From NCBI GenBank assembly GCA_965215975.1, contig OZ244136.1, forward strand, positions 3,413,281-3,477,280: a stretch of DNA of 64,000 nt, written 5' to 3'. The DNA comes from Dehalococcoidia bacterium. Its GTDB lineage: Bacteria; Chloroflexota; Dehalococcoidia; Lucifugimonadales; UBA3495. The notes under the pieces were generated by a model. It was not told the DNA's origin and did no database searches. It worked only from the letters and a program-made list of their open reading frames with translations. Shown one piece after another: positions 1 through 7,964 of the stretch; the stretch's first letter is position 1; each line of letters begins with the position of its first letter. A program made the translations under genes and the position numbers.

Positions 1-2
1 TT

Positions 3-353
3 GCCAACCCTAAGTACAAGTGGCTTTGGAGCCACGTAGTAGAAGAATTTACGGGCAACGAGGCTCTCGAATACGCCAGGGTTAAAGACCTGAAGACCGG
101 TGAGGTTTACAATTACCCCACTGCCGCCGCTTTTATCTATGTTGGCTTCCATCCCAACACGGAATACCTCAAGGGCCTGCTGGACATGGACCCACTGGGT
201 CACTTATACACTGACATCCACATGCGTACCAAGGCTCCCGGCGTGTACGCCTGTGGAGATGCCCGCGCTGATTCAACTCGCCAGTTGGGCGCCGCGGTGG
301 GTGACGGCATTACCGCTGCCCTCGCCGCCTATCATGACCTGAGCGGCGCTTAA
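3..353 (+). CDS. trxB: thioredoxin-disulfide reductase-like flavoprotein, C-terminal fragment (5' end outside window)
   Basis: Frame 3 is open from the window edge to TAA 351-353; it is absent from the ORF track because it has no start codon. The translation ...FIYVGFHPNTEYL...TKAPGVYACGDARADSTRQLGAAVGDGITAALAAYHDL matches the C-terminal FAD motif region of TrxR-type oxidoreductases. Confidence 0.6.
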   Translation, partial: ANPKYKWLWSHVVEEFTGNEALEYARVKDLKTGEVYNYPTAAAFIYVGFHPNTEYLKGLLDMDPLGHLYTDIHMRTKAPGVYACGDARADSTRQLGAAVGDGITAALAAYHDLSGA

Positions 354-380
354 GCTGAGACGGAAACTCCACATGTAAAA

Positions 381-409
381 GGGGTGAGATAAGACTCGCC
401 CCTTTTCTT
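381..409 (+). terminator. rho-independent terminator after the trxB-like gene
   Basis: Hairpin GGGGTGAG-ataaga-CTCGCCCC (one G.U pair) followed by TTTTCTT. Confidence 0.6.
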
Positions 410-520
410 ATCCACACTTCCCCCGCTTACCTAGCCCGATTGTTTCGTAGCTCCTCTTCATGCCTCGAAACTTAGCACCGCATAATTGCGGGTAGGGTAA
501 GCCTATCCACCGTGGGGAAT

Positions 521-1297
521 TCATCCCGCTACCACCTTGGACACCTCTTGCCCCAGTAGCACTAGGCTACCGGTGATAATTACCCCAATAGCCACGTACC
601 GGAATACGGCCTCATTCATCCGCCTCGCCAGCAATGCCCCGACACCGAAACCCACCACTAATGACGGCACCAGCAGGGCAATATTGACCAAGATATCCCG
701 ATCCACCAGCCCAATGAAGTAATACAGTACAAACCCCACAATGTAAGTGCAAAGGAAATAGAAGGCAAGGGCTGCCCTCATCTGTTCTCGATGCCAGTGC
801 TGGGCAATAATGTATGCCGCCGCCAAGGGCCCGCCGATGCTTAGAGTAGTTATGGAAAGGGAAGTGAGGAACCCTACTAACAGTCCGGAGCCGCGCCTGT
901 TTGCCATTGGCAGTTGAATATTAAGCAGGTTGAGGACACCCAGACACAATATCGCAGCGCCTATCGTTAACCTCAAAACCGTTGGGTTAGCCGATTCCAG
1001 GACCAGAACCCCCAACGGAACGGCCAGAACTCCACCAACCGCCATTCCTTTCAGTAATCGAAACTGCAGGTGGCGCCACGTAGTCAGCAGGACGAAAGAA
1101 AGCAGGATTGGAATTATAGCGTTGACAGTTACTATTGCCGACTTAGGGTCCAGGAATAGCAACAAGATGGGAGCGACAACCAGGCCCATACCAAAGCTGA
1201 CGGTCCCCATGATGGTTGCGCCGACCGCCACCGCGAGGATGGCGATCAACAACTCTAGGCCGGTTAACACGCGACCCTCGCGATTCCTTTCATGCAA
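521..1297 (-). CDS. TauE/SafE (DUF81) family membrane anion exporter
   Basis: 258-aa polytopic hydrophobic protein with Gly-rich helices arranged as in TauE/SafE. Assignment is by family resemblance only. Confidence 0.6.
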   Translation of the reverse strand: MHERNREGRVLTGLELLIAILAVAVGATIMGTVSFGMGLVVAPILLLFLDPKSAIVTVNAIIPILLSFVLLTTWRHLQFRLLKGMAVGGVLAVPLGVLVLESANPTVLRLTIGAAILCLGVLNLLNIQLPMANRRGSGLLVGFLTSLSITTLSIGGPLAAAYIIAQHWHREQMRAALAFYFLCTYIVGFVLYYFIGLVDRDILVNIALLVPSLVVGFGVGALLARRMNEAVFRYVAIGVIITGSLVLLGQEVSKVVAG

Positions 1298-1319
1298 CCG
1301 CTATTGATGGAACAGGGGT

Positions 1320-2249
1320 TCAGCGTCCGCTCGCAGTCCCAGACTCCGGCTTCCAAAAATCCAGCAGGTATTCGAAAGTAGTTCCCATCGTAATGTAGTT
1401 CGAGGGCCAACCGAAAATACCGACGCGATTTACTATGTTTGTCCGGTCCCAAATGATAGTGTTTCTCAGTTCATATCCCACCGAACGCAGCGCTTCGACC
1501 ACGGCGGTATGGATAGTAATGCGCCGATTATCCAGCCACATATCTGGAACGTCAATGACGCAATGCCCCCGCTCCCGCAGCAACGGGAAGAGGCTGCCAT
1601 AGATTTCTGCCATAGCGTCCTGGTAGGAGTCTAGGTCAAGGGTTCCCAGGTCCCTCGGGTCCTGGCTGTATTGTTCAGTCTTAAGGTATTGGCTGTTCTT
1701 TCGCTCCGCTCCCCTGCGGCTCTTGTTAAGGCGGGGTCGATTCAGCAAGTTTGCGTAGGGAGGCGAAGTAAGTATCAAGCTGACCGACTCTGGTTCGAGA
1801 AAGTCCTCTATCATTCTGGCGTCGCCACAAAATCCAACTTGTGCGGTGGCATCGTGCGCTGTCTCCGGCTCCAGCCTTGCCTCACACAGGTCAATGTAGT
1901 CCTGTTTGAGGTCAAAACCCACGGCATTACGGTTCAAGTCCCTCGCAGCCACCAACGTCGTGCCACTGCCGACAAAGGGATCAAGCACCAACTCCCCTTC
2001 ATGCGTAAACAGGGAGATACATCGTGCGGCCAGGGATATTGGATAGGTAGCCGGATGAGCGGCCTTGTCCCTGATATCCCTTGATTCGTAGTAAAACTGC
2101 CAAACTCCCAATTGCGACTTGATCCATTCCTTGGCGGTCATGCAATTGATATGTTTTGGCGGGCATTCACAGAGCCTCTTGTTTTCAAGTCCAGGTAATT
2201 CTCTCTCTCTTTCAACCAGTAATGCCATCAGATCCTCACCACCCTTCAC
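1320..2249 (-). CDS. DNA methyltransferase (N4-cytosine/N6-adenine type), motif order X-I then IV
   Basis: Motif X-like HPATYPISLAARCI plus motif I VLDPFVGSGTT, followed about 70 aa later by catalytic motif IV TSPPY. C-terminal IWDR...FEYLLDFWK resembles motifs V-VIII. An alternative start at Met8 (2228) is possible. Confidence 0.75.
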   Translation of the reverse strand: MKGGEDLMALLVERERELPGLENKRLCECPPKHINCMTAKEWIKSQLGVWQFYYESRDIRDKAAHPATYPISLAARCISLFTHEGELVLDPFVGSGTTLVAARDLNRNAVGFDLKQDYIDLCEARLEPETAHDATAQVGFCGDARMIEDFLEPESVSLILTSPPYANLLNRPRLNKSRRGAERKNSQYLKTEQYSQDPRDLGTLDLDSYQDAMAEIYGSLFPLLRERGHCVIDVPDMWLDNRRITIHTAVVEALRSVGYELRNTIIWDRTNIVNRVGIFGWPSNYITMGTTFEYLLDFWKPESGTASGR

Positions 2250-2285
2250 TCTCTCTCGGGAAACATTGCTACCCGGTTTTACTGC

Positions 2286-3332
2286 CTACCTGCGAAATAG
2301 TCCCAACTCGGCTGCCACTTGCAGGGCCCTTTCCACTTGCACCACCGGCGGCCCGTTTCTCTGCACCGAGATTTCTACCTTTTGCTGCGGAGTTACCGTG
2401 AGCGCCCGTTCGCCATCCAGTGCGATGGTGCTATGGCGCCGCTCTACTTCGACCCGTTCACCCTCCGCGAGGCGTGCCCAACTTGCTATATGCACTTCGG
2501 CGACCATCCCCGGCGCCACAGGCGCCAGGACTGTGGACTGACCGGCCCCGTGTGACATCCCCTGGGTCTCTGTGGACTGCCCAGGTTCCCCATCTGGCGA
2601 AGCGTTCCTGCCAGCCAGGACGTACCGCAGCCCTCCAGCGTCACTCAGTGAGATGTGCTGCAACCGCGCCCCCACCGAAGACAGGCCGATGGCTGCCGGT
2701 TCGGCGCGAGTGAGGAAAACCTCGTAGAGGGTGCTGAGATCCCATATGGCGCGCGTGGCTACGTACCGTTCCCGGGATAAGGCCACATCCACCAAGGCCA
2801 GGTCCCGATATTCGTTATCTACGTAAACCGCAAGGGTCTTGCTGGTTACAGACACCCAATCGGGCAACAGTTTGCCGCTGGCCACCAGACCCGCAACCAG
2901 GCCGGCAAGAGTCCCTTCCACCATCTGCGGGAAGACGTTATTGGTGCCAGTGGAAATGGGCACAACTGGAATGGTGGAACTGCCGCATGCCACCGCCCTG
3001 TTGGTCCCATCGCCCCCCAGGGTAACCAGGCAAGTCACCCCCTCTTGAGCCATCATGCCTGCTGCCCGAATAGTGTCCCCTTCCGTGAAGTAAGTGGGCA
3101 TCTCAAGCAGGGACAAGTCGACGTGCAATTGGGAGTCATCCCTGGCCCTCTGGCACAGATGAGAACCATCGGGCATGGCAACGACTTGCTCAACTCCCAC
3201 CGCCTGAAGGCCCAGGAGCACCCGTCGTACGATGTTGACCTTTTCCCAGTCGGGAATGACTCTCCCTTGAGCGACCAGCCGGCGAATGTCTTTGCTGGCG
3301 GCCGGATTGGCAATGATTCCGACTTTGGTCAA
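2286..3332 (-). CDS. ATP-NAD kinase / AcoX-like family protein
   Basis: GGDGT motif (VTLGGDGTNRAVA) and ISTGTNNVFP, as in NAD kinase/diacylglycerol-kinase-like proteins. Confidence 0.65.
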   Translation of the reverse strand: MTKVGIIANPAASKDIRRLVAQGRVIPDWEKVNIVRRVLLGLQAVGVEQVVAMPDGSHLCQRARDDSQLHVDLSLLEMPTYFTEGDTIRAAGMMAQEGVTCLVTLGGDGTNRAVACGSSTIPVVPISTGTNNVFPQMVEGTLAGLVAGLVASGKLLPDWVSVTSKTLAVYVDNEYRDLALVDVALSRERYVATRAIWDLSTLYEVFLTRAEPAAIGLSSVGARLQHISLSDAGGLRYVLAGRNASPDGEPGQSTETQGMSHGAGQSTVLAPVAPGMVAEVHIASWARLAEGERVEVERRHSTIALDGERALTVTPQQKVEISVQRNGPPVVQVERALQVAAELGLFRR

Positions 3333-3383
3333 CCGTCATTCCTTTTGGTGTAGGACGCACGAAGCGTCCCACGAGTCTTACTT

Positions 3384-3392
3384 TGCTATAAT
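3384..3392 (+). promoter_or_regulatory. candidate extended -10 promoter (TGcTATAAT) upstream of the amidase gene
   Basis: Exact TGnTATAAT lies about 110 nt upstream of the ATG at 3500 in a divergent intergenic region. Confidence 0.4.
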
Positions 3393-3499
3393 CACCCGGA
3401 TTGTAGAGAGGGTCCCGTTTAAAGGTCAATTTAAAAAAAGTTCGGAAAAACACCAAAATTTGAAGGGAGCCTTGAAGTTTCCCTTGGAGCGGTAGAAAG

Positions 3500-4927
3500 A
3501 TGGAGCAAGAACTCGCCTTCAAGTCCGCAACGGAACTGGCCAAATTGATTCGTTCAAAGGAAATTTCCTGCGTGGAACTTACGGAGTTGTTCTACAGCAG
3601 AATTGCGGCGATTAACCCCAAACTGAACGCTTACCTCGAATTGTGCGCGGATAATGCAATGGCGGAAGCCCACAGCGCCCAGGGGGCGGTGCAGCGGGGA
3701 GAGCAGTTGGGCCCCTTGCATGGCATACCAATTTCAGTCAAAGACCTGGAGATGACCAGTGGCGTGCCAACCACATTGGGATCAGCCATCTTTCGCGGAC
3801 GTACACCCGACCTGGATTCGGTCGTTGTTGAAAGAGTAAAGTCGTCCGGCGCGATCATTCTGGGTAAAACAAACACGCCGGAATTCGGACTCTCTGGGAC
3901 TACCGAGAACAAGTTGGGCGACGCTTGTCGCAACCCTTGGGATACTGGCAGAACGCCGGGCGGCTCCAGCGGCGGAGCAGCAGCGGCATTGGCTTCGGGA
4001 CTTTGCACTTTGGCAACCGGAAGTGACGGCGGGGGCTCCATCCGGATTCCGGCCAGCTTCAGTGGCGTTTTCGGTATCAAGCCCTCTCAAGGGCGAGTTC
4101 CTCGTTACGGTGGCTACGGCTATCCTGCAGCGAACCACTTTTCCCAATCGGGCCCCATGTCCCGCACCGTAGCGGATAGCGCTTTGCTTCTCCAGGTGCT
4201 GGCTGGTCCCGATCCCCGTGACCCGGTATCCATGCGGGTAGCGCCCCCCGACTTCTCGTCCGGTTTGGACAAGGGAGTAAGCGGCTGGAAGATTGCCTGG
4301 AGTCCTGACCTCGGCTATGCCGGTGTGGACCGTGAAGTATTGAGGGTCACCGAGAATGCAGCCAGAGTTTTCGAAGAACTGGGTGCCTCCGTTGAGACGC
4401 CAGACCTCAGAATTGATGACCCCTTCCAGGCTTTTTGGGACGTGTTTGCCACTGCTTCCTATACATCCTACGGCCATCTGCTGGAAGAACATCGTGACGA
4501 TTTTACTTACTACGGGCTGCGCGCGTTTGAGCATGGCGCGGAAGTAACCGGTGCGGACCTGTCTCGTGCCCTGCTTCGTGTTGACCAACTGCGGCGGCAA
4601 ATGGAGACCTTTTTCGACAACTACGACCTGCTCCTGACTCCGACAATGGCCGTGCCGGCGTTTCCAATTGACCAGCGTCCTTCGGTGATTGGCGGTAAGG
4701 AAGTGGACCCCTTCTGGGGGTACCTGCCCTTCACCTTCCCCATCAACATGACCGGCCAAACCGCGGCCAGTGTTCCCTGTGGATTTTCCGGGGACCCGGC
4801 AAGCGCCGGAATGCCCATCGGCCTGCACCTGGTGGGTCCAACAGGCTCAGAGGCCAATGTGTTGCAGGCCTGTGCAGCCTTTGAACGGGCCCGGCCCTGG
4901 GCGGATAAACGTCCCACTGTCTCGTAG
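3500..4927 (+). CDS. amidase (amidase-signature family)
   Basis: Signature GGSSGGAAAALASG, plus KDLEMTSGVPTT upstream. 475 aa, typical length. Confidence 0.85.
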   Translation: MEQELAFKSATELAKLIRSKEISCVELTELFYSRIAAINPKLNAYLELCADNAMAEAHSAQGAVQRGEQLGPLHGIPISVKDLEMTSGVPTTLGSAIFRGRTPDLDSVVVERVKSSGAIILGKTNTPEFGLSGTTENKLGDACRNPWDTGRTPGGSSGGAAAALASGLCTLATGSDGGGSIRIPASFSGVFGIKPSQGRVPRYGGYGYPAANHFSQSGPMSRTVADSALLLQVLAGPDPRDPVSMRVAPPDFSSGLDKGVSGWKIAWSPDLGYAGVDREVLRVTENAARVFEELGASVETPDLRIDDPFQAFWDVFATASYTSYGHLLEEHRDDFTYYGLRAFEHGAEVTGADLSRALLRVDQLRRQMETFFDNYDLLLTPTMAVPAFPIDQRPSVIGGKEVDPFWGYLPFTFPINMTGQTAASVPCGFSGDPASAGMPIGLHLVGPTGSEANVLQACAAFERARPWADKRPTVS

Positions 4928-5116
4928 TCCCTTTTCCTGCTGTTACTGCTCACAATTCAGTGCTAGCTTCCGACCGGTTCATTCCAGTTGGCAGGCTTGC
5001 GCTGCACTGCATTGCCTTCTTTCCTGCCACTTCGTCTAACTCTACTTAGTCCAACCCTTTCTCCCTCGCCCAGCAAGGTTGACGTTGTCAACGCGAAGTG
5101 ATAAAAATAACCGCTT

Positions 5117-5147
5117 CGCATTACAACTCTTTATATCGCATTACAAA
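5117..5147 (+). promoter_or_regulatory. two copies of an 11-bp direct repeat TCGCATTACAA spaced 20 bp start to start
   Basis: Copies at 5117-5127 and 5137-5147, ending 16 nt before the ATG at 5163. The palindrome GTTGAC-gtt-GTCAAC at 5079-5093 lies just upstream. Confidence 0.4.
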
Positions 5148-5162
5148 GTATTTAGGATTGCT

Positions 5163-6128
5163 ATGTATTTGCCTTTTGAGCGCCTGAGATTGTCTGTCGC
5201 CGTCCTTATTTTCCTGGCAGCACTGGTTGTGCTGCTGGCGTGGAACCGCTCGGACCTGGCGGCGCAGCCGGAAGATGGTGAAGTGCCAGCAGAACAACTT
5301 GGCTTGACCGCTGAGGCCCGGGAAGCATTGCAGGGCTCTGACTTAGCCTTCCCGTCAGACGATGCCGGGTTTTCAGCCTACTATCGCATGGGGAGCATTG
5401 GTGACTATAGCCTTGACAAAGCAACGGTAGACGACCACATCTTCGGCCAGGTCGAATCCAATGCCATTACGGTAAGGACAGCTCCGGCAACTCTGGTAGA
5501 AATAGGCGACAACTACACGATATCGACTCTTTCATTGACGAACATAGACTCGATAGCATCCACCGTTAACCTCTATTACGACGACGAAGGCTGGATTGTG
5601 GCTTACCTGCCAAGCGGCACATCTTCGTCACAAATCTGGCAGGCCAGGGAAGAGAACACGGAAAATCCTGAAATAACGGACATTAGCAATACCACCCTGT
5701 TGGACGCGATAAACGTGGTGGTGGATGACGCATTGGGCGAAACAGCAATCGAGCACGATGATAGCAGTCTGGGATACTACCATTGGCAACATACGGATGC
5801 TGATAACTTCTTGATGATGGCCGTTTCCAGGCAAATTCAGGGAGAATACCCTGTCCAGTTTTCGGTTCCGACGTCATTAACTGTGGCGGAGGTTTCAGCG
5901 ACGATGTGGGTCTCTCTGGCAAGCAACACCGATCCACCATGCGCCAAAGTTATCCTGGACGACTCCGACCTGATCACTGAACAATGCACCAAGGGAATAT
6001 CAAGCAGCACGGCAATCCTGTCAGATTTCAATAACCAGGCCAACCACACATGGAAGCTGATTCAGTCGGAGAGGGATGAAGGAGCTTCTGGGGCCCTGCT
6101 GATGATTCTCTACTCCGTCTCCAATTAG
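5163..6128 (+). CDS. hypothetical secreted/membrane-anchored protein
   Basis: ATG at 5163 preceded by AGGA. The N-terminal hydrophobic anchor LSVAVLIFLAALVVLLAW is followed by an acidic Ser/Thr-rich domain. No motif recognised. The track start at 5079 (TTG) is less likely. Confidence 0.55.
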   Translation: MYLPFERLRLSVAVLIFLAALVVLLAWNRSDLAAQPEDGEVPAEQLGLTAEAREALQGSDLAFPSDDAGFSAYYRMGSIGDYSLDKATVDDHIFGQVESNAITVRTAPATLVEIGDNYTISTLSLTNIDSIASTVNLYYDDEGWIVAYLPSGTSSSQIWQAREENTENPEITDISNTTLLDAINVVVDDALGETAIEHDDSSLGYYHWQHTDADNFLMMAVSRQIQGEYPVQFSVPTSLTVAEVSATMWVSLASNTDPPCAKVILDDSDLITEQCTKGISSSTAILSDFNNQANHTWKLIQSERDEGASGALLMILYSVSN

Positions 6129-7948
6129 TGCCGCTCATGCCCAGGTTAAGAGTTTCAGCCGGAAATTGGAGAAACTACCTTTCAACTGCCCTCTTGATTT
6201 CGGCCTTTACTATTTACGTCCTGACCCTTCCAACATCACTTGTCAGGGCTTCTCAAACGTCTATTCCTCCTGGTCACGACACTTCTGTACTTCAGGGTGA
6301 AACGAAGGACGTAGCAGTAACTTCAATAATTCAAATGGGCCCTCCCTCTGCCAATGAAGGCGACACCGTCACTATCCAAATTGGTGTGGTGAACAACGGA
6401 TCCGGCGAGGAGACATTCAGCGTCAGTCTTCATGACAACACCGAGAATAAGCCGATCGCCTCGAAAGAAATAACGCTGGATGCCAGTAGCTCAACTACCG
6501 CAAGTCTCGACTGGGATACCTGTGGAGCCTCTGGCGGTCCGCCTCCGCCAGGCCCGCCAACGCCGGGAACCATTCACTCCCTGACCGCAACCGCAGTATT
6601 GGAAGGCGATTCAGACAGCAGCAACAATTCCCTGAGTCTTCTACCAGGGATATGGATCATTGCCGCTCCCGAGGCACCTGAGATTGCGTTTCCGGAACAT
6701 TTAGAAATTCCACAAGCCAAGTATGGGGAGGAGTTGCCGTTGGCAGTACCCCTGGTTCAAACGGAGTCTGTTGCCCTTAGCAGCACCTTCGTGGGACCCG
6801 TACAGGGTATGAAGTCGCTCGAAGCTTCAAATGCTTTGATACAAACCGAGGGAGAGGCGCTGAGCAGTGTATTCAAGGGTCCTGTCGATGCAGACGACGA
6901 TTTAGACTTGAAGGATCCGGACATAGGAACTCTGGGAAGCAAGCTTAGCGAGATATTCAGCGCAGGCGTTCAAACAAAGGTAAATGATAATTTTGCCAAC
7001 CCTAATATTGAAACCATCTCTGAACTACTCACTCGCATTCTGTCTGACAACGCTGATGCCCGCGTCGATCAATTCTTACTCAGGCCAGGGATTGATGCTG
7101 AAATTGCACCGTTGACCAGTATTCAAATAGACGATGCTGACAGCGACTCGCTAAGTACTCTCTCAGGACCGGATTTACAAACTGAAGCAGACCCGCTTAC
7201 CGACATTTTCTCCAGCGAAATCGAAGGCAATCGCACCCAAATGCTTTCTGTGCCTGCGATTTTAACCGACGCACTTCCTTTAGCCGAAATCATGTCCGAC
7301 ATTACTCAAGACCGTGTACTTAACGTCTTCTTAGCACCGACCATTGAAACGGAAGCTATGAGTCTGACCGAGTTGTTTATCAGCCCGTTGACCGTCATGT
7401 CCACTCTTGGCAGCAAAAGACCTGACATCAACACGTCGGCCATTCCCCTGTCCGTCATCTTTTCAGGATCGGTTGAGGCCAGACTGGCAAATTCAATTCG
7501 TAAGCCAGAGGTGTCCACTGAGGCGGATCCGTTAAGCCGACTGCACGTTTTTGGTGGGGCGGCCACTTACCAACCTGGCCAAGCGATGGCTCGTCCATTA
7601 GTGGAAACTACGATAGATGGCACGATAAGAGGAAGGATAAAACTGCAAAATGACTCAAACAGCCTGGGCGCCTACGTTACCATTGGTGACGAGGTTACAT
7701 TCGCCGACCGAGATGGCAGATTTGAAGCGCCGGCCCCCACTGAGACTTTTGACCTTTACATCGGGGCGCCCGGGCACATTCCAGTCCTAATAAACGGCTT
7801 TACTCTGGACTCGAGAGAGTCGCTGGAGATTCCGGAGGTGACACTGCTCTTTGGCGACGCAAACAGCGACGGTGTAGTGAACATCTACGACCTGGCTGTG
7901 GCCGCATTCAACTATGGTGAGACCATCCGAACAGTTCCGGCCCCATAA
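6128..7948 (+). CDS. secreted repeat protein: signal anchor, CARDB-like domain, Pro-rich linker, 10 x 28-aa repeats, CarboxypepD_reg-like domain, dockerin-like Ca-binding repeat
   Basis: The GTG start overlaps the upstream TAG (TAGTG); an alternative ATG is at 6137. The CARDB-like segment is EGDTVTIQIGVVNNGSGEETFSVSL, and the linker is GGPPPPGPPTPG. The C-terminal GDANSDGVVNIYDLAVAAFNYG resembles a dockerin/EF-hand repeat. Confidence 0.7.
   Translation: MPLMPRLRVSAGNWRNYLSTALLISAFTIYVLTLPTSLVRASQTSIPPGHDTSVLQGETKDVAVTSIIQMGPPSANEGDTVTIQIGVVNNGSGEETFSVSLHDNTENKPIASKEITLDASSSTTASLDWDTCGASGGPPPPGPPTPGTIHSLTATAVLEGDSDSSNNSLSLLPGIWIIAAPEAPEIAFPEHLEIPQAKYGEELPLAVPLVQTESVALSSTFVGPVQGMKSLEASNALIQTEGEALSSVFKGPVDADDDLDLKDPDIGTLGSKLSEIFSAGVQTKVNDNFANPNIETISELLTRILSDNADARVDQFLLRPGIDAEIAPLTSIQIDDADSDSLSTLSGPDLQTEADPLTDIFSSEIEGNRTQMLSVPAILTDALPLAEIMSDITQDRVLNVFLAPTIETEAMSLTELFISPLTVMSTLGSKRPDINTSAIPLSVIFSGSVEARLANSIRKPEVSTEADPLSRLHVFGGAATYQPGQAMARPLVETTIDGTIRGRIKLQNDSNSLGAYVTIGDEVTFADRDGRFEAPAPTETFDLYIGAPGHIPVLINGFTLDSRESLEIPEVTLLFGDANSDGVVNIYDLAVAAFNYGETIRTVPAP
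6749..7594 (+). repeat. ten tandem 28-codon (84-nt) degenerate repeats inside the CDS
   Basis: Repeat units start at residues 208, 236, 264, 292, 320, 348, 376, 404, 432 and 460, exactly 28 apart. The consensus is P-x-[IL]-x-T-E-x-x-x-L-[ST]-x-[IL]-F-S followed by about 13 variable residues. Confidence 0.8.
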
Positions 7949-7964
7949 GAAATACTTTGTGGGG

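Noticed and set aside
100-342. An 80-codon ORF in the supplied track at the window start.
   Set aside because: It is in the wrong frame. The frame starting at position 3 gives a convincing thioredoxin-reductase C-terminus and ends at TAA 351-353, so the track ORF is an overlapping shadow.
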